29,901 nucleotides of DNA, from the NCBI GenBank assembly GCA_020853655.1, contig JADYYL010000268.1, positions 1 through 29,901 of the forward strand. The letters run 5' to 3'. This stretch comes from Deltaproteobacteria bacterium. GTDB taxonomy: Bacteria > Bdellovibrionota_C > UBA2361 > SZUA-149 > JADYYL01. Both the position numbers and the translations under genes were made by a program. The notes beneath the pieces were generated by a model. The model did no database searches. It saw nothing but the letters and a program-made list of their open reading frames with translations, and had not been told where the DNA came from. Shown here one piece after another: positions 8,209 to 17,200 of this stretch. Numbering within the stretch: the stretch's first letter is position 1; each line of letters begins with the position of its first letter.

Positions 8209-8829
8209 TCAGCAGAGCAGGAAGCTCGCGGTGCCCAGGAGGGCGCCGACGAGCGTCTGCGGAATGGTGTGCCGACGAAGATAGACGCGCGACCAGCAGA
8301 CGGAAGAGGCGAGCAGGATCAGCAGCGGCGCGGAGAGGTGCAGATCTCGCACCCCCATGACCGCAACACCTGCAATCGCCGCAGCGTGAATGCTCACCTT
8401 CCACCGCAGCGTGAAGAGCAGGAGCAGGATCGCTGAGACCAGGTGGGCCGACGCGAGGCTCTCGAGCAACGCGGGTGCTTCGCTGATAACGAGCGCGCTC
8501 CACCCAGCCGCTGCGCCGACGATGGACCAGAGGAACGGAAGGAACCGCTCGCTGCGGTTGTTCATGTGGAGGTCCGAGATCCGGCCCCGAACACGGTAGG
8601 TGACCAGGAGCGCGAGCGGAAGCACGAGCGCGAGTAGCGTGTAGGTTTCTGCATACCCGCGAAAGTCCTCGATGGAGTACTTCGCCATCAGCAGAACCAT
8701 GCCGATCAGCACGAACGGCGGGCAGAGGATCTGAGAGAGGGCCTTTGCGACACCGGTCGCAACCCCTCTGACCAGTCTCCGCGTCGAACCGATTTCGAGT
8801 TCAAGCGAATCTGCGATTGCCGTTGACAT
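8209..8829 (-). CDS. PAP2-superfamily membrane protein, about 206 aa
   Basis: Start reassigned to ATG 8829 (GGAGG RBS); about 6 TM segments; WKVSIH and WSRVYLRRHTIPQ resemble the PAP2 C2 and C3 motifs. Confidence 0.7.
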   Translation of the reverse strand: MSTAIADSLELEIGSTRRLVRGVATGVAKALSQILCPPFVLIGMVLLMAKYSIEDFRGYAETYTLLALVLPLALLVTYRVRGRISDLHMNNRSERFLPFLWSIVGAAAGWSALVISEAPALLESLASAHLVSAILLLLFTLRWKVSIHAAAIAGVAVMGVRDLHLSAPLLILLASSVCWSRVYLRRHTIPQTLVGALLGTASFLLC

Positions 8830-9373
8830 AGTGAACCTCCCGGAAAAACCAAGGATGAGACTCTCGAAGACGACACGTCGTAACGGGTCTCCAGGAGAGC
8901 CAACACGAGGAGGGCTACCGAACCGGAAGTGAGAAAGAGCGAGTCTTGCGTGGAGCAAAGTTCCATCTCAACGCGCAAGCCGCGGCGGCGCGCCGCTGAT
9001 GTCCATCAGGTGAGTCGTAACTCGGGCAACGGGATTTCAGAAGTGAGGACTGTGTGAATTTGGCGAAGATGATTGCTTCCGAGCGCTCGGCTGGCAGGAG
9101 AAGATGAGGATTGCGCTCAGGAGACGAAGCCGTGCTCTGCTCACAGAAATTGAACAGAAACTGCTCGGACTTCGTCGATGCGCACGGCGGGCGCGATATC
9201 CGACGATACATCTTCCCGCCACAAGCCCCTGCGTAGCGGCGCCTGTGTAGCGGCGCTTTGTCATAAGACCCGAATGGGACCTTCTGCATAACTCTGCGCA
9301 TACCCGAAACGTCTACGGGCTGAGTGCCGATAATTCCTACGAAGTTCGAGCAAGCATCCAAGCCATGTGCGAA

Positions 9374-9402
9374 TTGTTAGCTATGGTACTTAGTGCTATA
9401 GT
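9374..9402 (+). promoter_or_regulatory. sigma70-type promoter with overlapping imperfect palindrome (putative TA operator)
   Basis: TTGTTA (9374-9379), 17 nt, TATAGT (9397-9402), with extended -10 TG at 9394-9395; GCTATGGTACT-T-AGTGCTATAGT is an 8/11 inverted repeat. Confidence 0.6.
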
Positions 9403-9434
9403 AGGGGAGCTCGCGCTGGGCGAGTAGTTGGGAA

Positions 9435-9805
9435 GTGAGAAGTGTGTTTACGGTCAGAGCTTTTCATCGCTGGGCAAAGCGAGCGGAGATCTCCGACCTC
9501 GCGTTGTTTCGGGCGATTGAAGAGCTCGACGCCGGGCTTATCGATGCGCGTCTTGCGGCCACCTTTTTAAGAAAAGGATCCCCGCTTCCTCGAGAGGAAA
9601 GCGGGGCGGTGCCCGAACGATTGTCGCTTACTTGACGGCGAGACACGCGTTCTTCATTTACGGTTATCTGAAAAACGAGAAAGAGAATTTGGATGGGGTG
9701 GAGCTTTCCGCGCTCAAGCAGTTTGCTGCTCACTTGATGAGACTTTCTGATGCAGAGCTCGAGCGCCTGATCATACGACACGAGATATTTGAGGTCAGAG
9801 GTTAA
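9435..9805 (+). pseudogene. higB: RelE/HigB-2-like type II toxin interrupted by a 1-nt frameshift near 9555
   Basis: Frame 1 gives MRSVFTVRAFHRWAKRAEISD...GLIDARL. Adding one G at 9555 continues GGHLFKKRIPASSRGKRGGARTIVAY...FFIYGYLKNEKENL...EVRG to TAA 9803-9805, which overlaps the antitoxin ATG (TAATG). Restored product is 123 aa. Confidence 0.85.
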
Positions 9806-10137
9806 TGGCCAACAAACGACTCCGACATGAACTCGTCGACGGAATGCGCGCGCTGGAGAAGATTGGCATCGTCGGCAGTACGACGATGCGCCACTTCGAC
9901 GTGCGTCTCCTCGGCGCTCCACCATCATTCTCTGCACGACAGATACGCCAACTGCGTGAAAGCTTCGAAGTGAGCCAAGCGGTCTTCGCCGCGCTTCTCA
10001 ACGTCAGCACCTCTACCGTCCAGAAATGGGAACAGGGCCAGAAGGAACCGACCGCCGCGGCGCTCAGACTTCTGCAGGTCGTGAAGAGGCATGGGCTTGC
10101 GGTCGTGCTACCGGAGAACGTTCGGAGTGCGGCGTAG
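9805..10137 (+). CDS. higA: XRE/Cro HTH antitoxin (HigA-2/YiaG-like), 110 aa
   Basis: IRQLRESFEVSQAVFAALLNVSTSTVQKWEQGQKEPT HTH; TAATG coupling; toxin-first order as in HigBA. Confidence 0.85.
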   Translation: MANKRLRHELVDGMRALEKIGIVGSTTMRHFDVRLLGAPPSFSARQIRQLRESFEVSQAVFAALLNVSTSTVQKWEQGQKEPTAAALRLLQVVKRHGLAVVLPENVRSAA

Positions 10138-10585
10138 TTGCTCGACTCGTGAGTCTTTCCCCGTGAACGTTACGGAAGGAGTCCCGAGACCGAGATCGGT
10201 AGCGGCGGTGTGGGATCATCCACAGTTTGAGCATCGATGCGCATGTTGCGCGCGGATCTCGCTTGGTCTGGTTAAGGCTGCGCAGAGTCTCGGGGGAAAG
10301 ATCCGGAAGATCGGGGGAATACCTGCGAGAATACCCGCAAAATCACAAACTTGGCATGGTGTGGCATAATTCGAGGTCGATTGCTCTTTTCACTTCTCGA
10401 TATCAATTTCCGAAACGCCCTCTCCCGTTCGTTCACTTCGAAGGGACGAGAGATGGGCGAGAGTTTGGTTTTTTCGGTATCTCTGCGCCGGACGGCTTCC
10501 ATCTCCTGAACTCTCGAACCTCGGCGGTTCGGGAGGTGGATGCCTCCTACCAGTTCGCGCTGGTAGTTTCGCGGGGGGATACCCA

Positions 10586-11263
10586 ATGTCAGTGAAACTG
10601 AGAGTGCCGTCGGGTCAGAGTTGGGAACTGGTGCCGGACTATCGGGAGTCACGTCGAGTCGGGGAGGTCGTGCGTATCCTCGAAACTATCAGGAGCGCAG
10701 GATCGGCCTCGATGTTGCTCGAGCGGGTGCTGATCGGCGTCGTGGTTGTCACCGTCGGCGGCTTGATCGGGATGGTCTGGCTCCACGATGACTTCAGTAG
10801 TCTATCGAAGGCCCTGAAACTAGCCGCCACGATTTTCTGGATCTACGGGGGTGCTACGGGCTTCTTTTATATCATGGAGTTGACGAGCGGTTGGCGAACC
10901 CTGAGCCCCACCGTTTTGAATCGGTGGATCGCCCCGTTCGTCGTCGATTCTCGACTGTCTTGGATCGAGACACCCATATTGCCGTCTACGCGGGTCTCCT
11001 TTCAGGAGGACTCCGTGCGCGCGCATTACTGGTCCATGTTGAGCCGGGTGAACCTCGCCGTCGATGCGGAGTGGTCGCGAAGCGGAGACGACGCCGATCG
11101 CGATGATGCCCTTCTATGGTTCCGAGTGGGTTGGTGCGGATTGATGTTCCAAGTCGTCGCAGACAACCCCGAATCGGAGTCTCTGCTGCGCGCCCTGGTG
11201 AAAGGCAATCTCTCCAGATCGCAAATCTACGAGCTGCGCAGTCGTGTGCAAACTCGCCGGTAG
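10586..11263 (+). CDS. Hypothetical two-TM membrane protein, 225 aa
   Basis: ATG with GGGGGA RBS; two hydrophobic segments (VLIGVVVVTVGGLIGMVWL; LAATIFWIYGGATGFFYIM); no family recognised. Confidence 0.6.
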   Translation: MSVKLRVPSGQSWELVPDYRESRRVGEVVRILETIRSAGSASMLLERVLIGVVVVTVGGLIGMVWLHDDFSSLSKALKLAATIFWIYGGATGFFYIMELTSGWRTLSPTVLNRWIAPFVVDSRLSWIETPILPSTRVSFQEDSVRAHYWSMLSRVNLAVDAEWSRSGDDADRDDALLWFRVGWCGLMFQVVADNPESESLLRALVKGNLSRSQIYELRSRVQTRR

Positions 11264-11823
11264 TTAGACAGGACGCGAGGCACGATGGAACTCCGTGTTC
11301 CGTCTGCCTCGCCGTCTTCGGTTCTCCTCTCTCGCCCGTCTTCCTCTTTTCATGAAACGATCGATCCTTCACTCCTTCGGTGTTCACGCCGTCTGCGAAC
11401 TTCATTGGCCGTCATCTGTTGTTCTTTGGGGCGGAGGGATGACAAGTGATTCCCGAATGTTACAAGCCCGAAGCGTTCCGCCGGGCAGATGTCTGAATAC
11501 CCCGGAAGTTCTGAGAGGCACATTGCGCTCTCAGACGAGAATAATGTTAAGTCAGCCGCTCTTTGTCGCACCATATTGAGTAGAGGAAGTGTCACGTCTT
11601 TTTGCTGGGTTCGCCCCAGCTGAAAGGCGTGGGCCATATGTTTTAAGCAGAGTGCTGCTTGGAGAGTTCTGAGAACTTTCCGCGCAGCATTCCGCTGCAA
11701 TAGTAAACCGGGGTGATCTCGAGGATTGCGACCGGCGTTTTTACGCCGGCGTATTTACCGTTGAGAGATCGCCTATTCTTGGACCACGGCTCTTGAGGGC
11801 TGTGTGTTCCGACGGAGTACACC

Positions 11824-12570
11824 ATGGAAATGAAGCGTCATGCGGTCGTCGTGAACGTCGATGCAACGAGCGGGCACGTCAACTTGAAGCTGTCGGGAAA
11901 CCCCGTCGGCATCAAGGCGCGGGATTTGGTTGCTGGCACTGGGCAAACTATCTCTGCGCACTCTCCCTTCGGCTGCGCCGTGAGCGTTCGCCGGAGGAAC
12001 GTGAAGTCCGGCGAAGGGAGTCATCGGCGCGTGTGGGTCGAGGGCGTCGGCGCGGATATCTACATCGCCGACCCGGGCCAGCACCCGGACGGGTTCGAAG
12101 CTGGGAAGAGGGCGTTCGCGATCCACGGAGCGATCTCCGTGGATGTGCCACTCAACAGCGAGGGCAAGCCGGCCGAGGCCGAGCGGGATTTGAATTTCCG
12201 CTACAAGCTGAAGGCAGGAGTCGATGCGCGTCCTCGGAGTTCGGTGGCATGCTTTGTCCCGTACTACCAGGAAGACGTCCCGAGTAACGCCATGTTCCTG
12301 CGCCAGATCGGGTCGACGGACGGTCAATCCTTCACGGGCATCAAGTGGGGAGACTCTGGGACGAGTGATCGGGTGCACGTCGGAGGCGGCAACTTCGTTG
12401 AGGTCACTTCGACGCAGGTCGGCGAAGTTCTGCAGACCGAAGTTCGGCCCGGCCGCGGCGTAGCGTTCTTCCGCTGCCGCGTCGAGTGCAACGCCAGTGG
12501 GAAAGGCGCGTTCACGCGTGCCATCGCCACCCGTGCTGCTGACGGCAAGGTGACGTTCGAGCTGAAGTAG
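11824..12570 (+). CDS. Hypothetical, probably beta-rich cytoplasmic protein, 248 aa
   Basis: GGAG RBS; strong G/C bias at third codon positions in this frame; no signal peptide; no family recognised. Confidence 0.7.
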   Translation: MEMKRHAVVVNVDATSGHVNLKLSGNPVGIKARDLVAGTGQTISAHSPFGCAVSVRRRNVKSGEGSHRRVWVEGVGADIYIADPGQHPDGFEAGKRAFAIHGAISVDVPLNSEGKPAEAERDLNFRYKLKAGVDARPRSSVACFVPYYQEDVPSNAMFLRQIGSTDGQSFTGIKWGDSGTSDRVHVGGGNFVEVTSTQVGEVLQTEVRPGRGVAFFRCRVECNASGKGAFTRAIATRAADGKVTFELK

Positions 12571-12576
12571 CAAGAT

Positions 12577-12630
12577 CCGCAAACCCTGGTTGAACAAGTT
12601 CTTTGTTTTAGGTTCAACTAGGGTTTGCGG
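12577..12630. repeat. 19-bp inverted repeat or long hairpin (terminator or REP-like element)
   Basis: CCGCAAACCCTGGTTGAAC (12577-12595) / GTTCAACTAGGGTTTGCGG (12612-12630), one G:T wobble, 16-nt AT-rich loop, 6 nt after the stop. Confidence 0.65.
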
Positions 12631-12803
12631 CCCCCGTCTTTCAATCACTTCCTTAATCTCTGATCTCAGTCGGTCTGTTGCGGTCCAGTCAGACTCTCTT
12701 CGAAACAATCGATCTCTCACACTTCGCGCACACTCCTATCGCGGTCGCCTCCCTTGAGATTATTTCACGCGAAGCCACTCGCTGAGTGATATACGAGATC
12801 CAC

Positions 12804-14042
12804 ATGACACCTCAGACTCCCCCAGCGCCGACGCTTCCTCTCAGCACGCACTTCGCCGTCCCATGCTACGATGGCCCGTGCTTCGCGAGACTTCCCGATC
12901 TTGCGCGAGCAGTGTTTACCGGAAGCCCGGCTCCTTGGGCGATGCGACACGAACTGTCTCAGATCGATACTCTGGTGTTTCTCTTTGTTGACGGTTTTGG
13001 CCGCGACCATTTCGAGCGTTATCAAACATCTCTTTCCACGCAGGGCCTGTTCTCCGATCCAGAGGTATTCATCGGAAGCTCTCAGTTCCCGTCCACCACT
13101 GCTGCGCATGTTACGACTCTGGGTTCTGGCCTCTCCGTCGGCGAGCACGGCATATACGAGTGGTATTACTACGAGCCACTTGTCGGAGAGATCGTCCTTC
13201 CACTGGTTTACTCGCTTCAGGAGACACGTACCCGAGATTCGCTCCGCTCGATCGCCTCGCCCGAGAGCGTCTTTCCGTTTCGCACTCTGTTCGAAGAGCT
13301 CGATGAGCACGGTGTTGAGAGCATGCTGTTGCAGCCGTCTAACATCTCAGGTTCGGCATATGGCAGCGCCGTACAAAGGGGCGCGATGCTGGGCGGGTTT
13401 TCCTCCCTAAAACGCGCGGGAGAACTGCTCTGCGACGCGGTCGATAGGTGCGACGGGAAACGGCGCTTCGTGACCCTTTACTATGACGAGATCGATAGCG
13501 CGGGCCACAAGTTCGGAGTTCACTCGCCCGAGCAGGACGCCAAAGTTCGCGACTTCTTCACCATGCTCGGCGGCGCGGTATCCGGCATGCAGCGGAAACG
13601 GACACTGTTCGTTCTCTTCGCAGATCATGGAATGACGCACCTGAGTCCTGAGACCACGCGATACGTCGACCGCGAGCTCCCGCAGTTCGAGCACATGCTG
13701 GAGCGGAGCAAGAGTGGACGGGTCCTCGCTCCCTGTGGATCCTCGCGCGATCTCTTTCTCCATGTACAACCCGATCGCGCGGAAGAGGCCGTCGCTCTGT
13801 TGCGACGACAATTCTCAGAGATCGCGGTGACGGCGCTGACGTCAGATTTGATGAACGCGGGGTATTTTGGACCGAATGTGAGTTCACGACTTCGTGATCG
13901 AATCGGAAATGTTGTCGTACTCCCCTTCGAAGGGCATGGAGTGTTCTGGTATGGCGGCGGAGAGTTTCGGCAACACTTCCTGGGGAACCACGGAGGGCTC
14001 ACCCCGGCGGAACTGGAGATCCCGATCGTTCTGTTTTCATAG
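12804..14042 (+). CDS. Alkaline phosphatase superfamily, type I phosphodiesterase / nucleotide pyrophosphatase-like (alternative start GTG 12786)
   Basis: FVDGFG, FPSTTAA (Thr nucleophile), DEIDSAGH, ADHG, GNHGG: the full bimetal ligand set; no signal peptide. Confidence 0.85.
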   Translation: MTPQTPPAPTLPLSTHFAVPCYDGPCFARLPDLARAVFTGSPAPWAMRHELSQIDTLVFLFVDGFGRDHFERYQTSLSTQGLFSDPEVFIGSSQFPSTTAAHVTTLGSGLSVGEHGIYEWYYYEPLVGEIVLPLVYSLQETRTRDSLRSIASPESVFPFRTLFEELDEHGVESMLLQPSNISGSAYGSAVQRGAMLGGFSSLKRAGELLCDAVDRCDGKRRFVTLYYDEIDSAGHKFGVHSPEQDAKVRDFFTMLGGAVSGMQRKRTLFVLFADHGMTHLSPETTRYVDRELPQFEHMLERSKSGRVLAPCGSSRDLFLHVQPDRAEEAVALLRRQFSEIAVTALTSDLMNAGYFGPNVSSRLRDRIGNVVVLPFEGHGVFWYGGGEFRQHFLGNHGGLTPAELEIPIVLFS

Positions 14043-14249
14043 CGACGGATCGTAACCTCCCTCCTTCAAAGCGCCGCGAACTCATGCCAAGGCGCCAGAA
14101 CGATCACACTCGGTCCGCAATCATCCGATCCAGCACTAGGAGATCCTCGGTAGTACCTGCCCGAGAAACTTCCCAACACGCCAAGGGCTTAAGTTCGCTA
14201 GAAACTTCGACGAGTTTCCACGGGAAGTGCACAACTCCTGGAAGTTCAG

Positions 14250-17200
14250 TTGAATCGATTTCTCCCACTGTTTCTGGCATCGTTGTTTGTCGTCGCATTT
14301 GCGACGGCGTCAACTGCGTTTGCTCAAGGGGAGACTGTCTACTTCGATAGCGCTCGGCAGGAGTCGCTCGCCGAATCTTCAGTCGGATCGGAGCCAGGTT
14401 CCTTCCTCTCTCCCTCGTCATCCGTTCCTTCGACGCCTCCAGCCGTCGCCATCGTTCGAGATTCTGGACGTTCGAACAACCGCGTCGACGTCGTGTTCGT
14501 CGGCGACGGATTCACGTCGTCGTCGATTCCCGGTTATGCCTCGCGCGTGACGGAACTCGAAAGCAGCATGTTCTCCGAAACACCGCTCGCTCAATACAAG
14601 AAGTACTTCAACGTGCACCGAGTGGACGTTCTTTCGTCACAGAGCGGCGTTGACCACGAGAGTGGCTACCCACAGTACCGCGATACCGCGATGGGGATGG
14701 AGTACTACTGTAACGACTCGCCGGATACGCTCTGCATCGATATCAGCCAGGCGTATGTCTATGCAGGCTATGCCCGCGACGTCGACCAGATCATCGCGCT
14801 GGCGAAGTCGACCCGTGGCGGTGGTGCGGCGTATCCCTTTAGCGATATCGCGCTCATGGGGTCTGACCACCTCGCGGCACCCCAGCACATCATGCACCTC
14901 TTCGGACACAGCTTCGGAAACCTCGCCGATGAGACCTCTGTCGGTGGATGGGAGGAGTTCACGGGATTCGAGCCGGCAGAGCCGAACGCCTCGATGTTGA
15001 CCTCTTCCGATCTCCAGTCACAGCGGGTGAAGTGGTATCGCTGGTTAGGAGTCACCGACGGAGCCCTCGGCGAGATCGGAACGCACGAAGGTGCGATGGG
15101 AAGTGCGCGGCGCATCTACCGCCCCACCGCGAACTCGAAGATGCGGGAGTTGAATCAGTCGTTTAACGCCCCGTCGATCGAATCGCTCATCATCGAGACC
15201 TACAAACTCGTCAGCCCGATCGATGACGCGACGCCAGCAAACGCTGTGTTGACTGGCCGCGAAACGCTCTCCGTCACCCCGCTCGAGCCAGTGGGGCATT
15301 CGCTCGACATCCAGTGGAAGATCGACGGAATCGCCGTTCCAGGGGCGACCGGACGAACGTTCCGCCCGAACGACTATCCGATCAGCGACGGCACGCATCA
15401 ATTCTCCGTCGTCGTCACGGACAACACCCCGATGGTCCGAGACGAAGTCGCACGCGGTCGCTACATGACGGCGACTCGTTCGTGGAGCATCCCGATCGAT
15501 CAGAATCCACCTACGATTCTCGTTCACCCGGAAAGTCAGACACGCTTCCGCGGCGGAGTCGGGTACTTCGTCGGGCAAGCAAGCGGCGAAGACCTTCGGT
15601 ATCAATGGTATCGCAACGGTGTCCTCATTCCTGGCGCGACGACTACGAGTTACACGACCCCAGGCGTAACGCTCGCCGACTCGGGCGCCCGCTTTCACTT
15701 CGTCGTCTCCAACGTCGCTGGCGCTGTGGCGAGCAACCCCGCGGTGCTCACGGTGGTGAATCGCGCGCCGGTCATCGGGACTCTCGGTGCCATGTCCTTG
15801 CTTCGACGAGAAGTGCGGCCGTTGGCTGTTCCGCTCAGTGATGCTGATGGCGATCCGCTCACGATGACCGCCGAGATCATCGAGCCGAATACTGGGGCAA
15901 CCGTAGCCGTGAGCGGGTCGACGGTGACGGTCACCGCGGGACCGACGTTCATCGGAACCTTTCAGGTGCAACTCTCCGTCTCGGATGGATTCGAGACCGT
16001 TACAAAGCTCTTGACTGTTCTCGTGTACAACGGGATGCCGACGCTCGAGCAGCTTCCGAACGTCAGGATGCCGTGGCGGAGCGAGGAACTGACCTTCATC
16101 CTCACGGCGAGCGATCCTGACAACGACCCGCTGACGTTCTCGGCGACCGGTATGCCGCCGACGGGAATCGCTTCGATCTCTCCGACGGGGAACATCCTCA
16201 GAATTCGGAAGGCCGCCGGGTTCCAAGGGCTACTCAATGTCACCTACTCCGTGAGCGATGGTGCCGTCTCGGTGACGAAGAACTTCGCGATCGAGATCGT
16301 GAACAACGCGCCGACGATCGCGGCGATTGAGGATCAATCGATCGCTTGGAATGAAGACTCGCGAACGATCGGGACTGGCGTCGCGGATGCTGACAACGAT
16401 CCGCTGACGCTGTCAGTGGTCGGAACGCCGTATACTGCGCCGCGCGACCTCGATCAGATCCATGATTTCTATTTCGGCCGGGGCACATGGAGCTACGATC
16501 TCTTTGGCCTGAAAGAGAAGCACTTCTCCGGCACGAAGAACCAACAAGGGCGTGAGTTCCGCTACTACATTCTACCGAACGGCGATCTCTATGAAGAGCG
16601 AGGCTCGGCAGCTTCCTCGATCAAGCTTGCCAGTCTTCCCACCGCGTTTCACGCTGATCCAGCGTTGCTATTTGATGCCGGAAACACGCCGATCCCACCG
16701 ATGCACTTCGAAGGCGCGAACCTGGTGATCGACCCGGAACCGAGCTTCCGAGGCGCGTTCGTCGCGACAGTCACAGTCTCTGATTCGCTTCTTACGGCGA
16801 CCGAAGCGTTCGTCGTCACCATGTATGACGCGAAGCCCTATTTGAAGAAGCTTCCGCCCTACCTGCGGATGCACTGGCGAACTGATGTCCTTCAAACACC
16901 GGCGATCGCGGTCGATCCCGATGGCGATCCGAACGGCGCCGTGTCGACGACCACTGCGTCGCTCTGGGATACGACTGATCTCTGGGACACGATTCACTCG
17001 CTCGAGCTGATTCCCAACGACAATCCATATGACGTTGGATTCCGTCGAAACGCGAGAGGGCTCGGGGAACGCTATCTTGCGCGACGGGCGATCTCGCCAA
17101 CTCCTCCGAACATCTATTACATCCTCCCGAATGGAGAGCTGTATCACTTTGGTGGCTCGCTCGAGTCGAGCACGCTCGTTACGAAAGTGCCGCCAGCATT

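Noticed and set aside
8201-8503. N-terminal 101 aa of the listed 278-aa ORF, and the first 43 aa of 8209-8958
   Set aside because: The first overlaps the PAP2-like gene out of frame; both genes have better internal starts with RBS
10352-10370. TTGGCATGGTGTGGCAT as a sigma54 -24/-12 promoter
   Set aside because: GG-to-GC spacing is 9 nt rather than the required 10
11264-11700. Minus-strand 116-aa ORF coupled by ATGA to a 29-aa Arg-rich ORF
   Set aside because: No coding bias, RBS or motif; the Arg richness follows from a purine-rich tract, so the overlap is probably chance
11773-12720. 315-aa antisense ORF
   Set aside because: Shadow of the + strand 248-aa gene, which has the RBS and third-position GC bias
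15045-16226. 393-aa antisense ORF (also 22629-23486 and other ORFs inside the giant gene)
   Set aside because: Arg/Ser/Pro-rich shadow frames expected in GC-rich coding DNA
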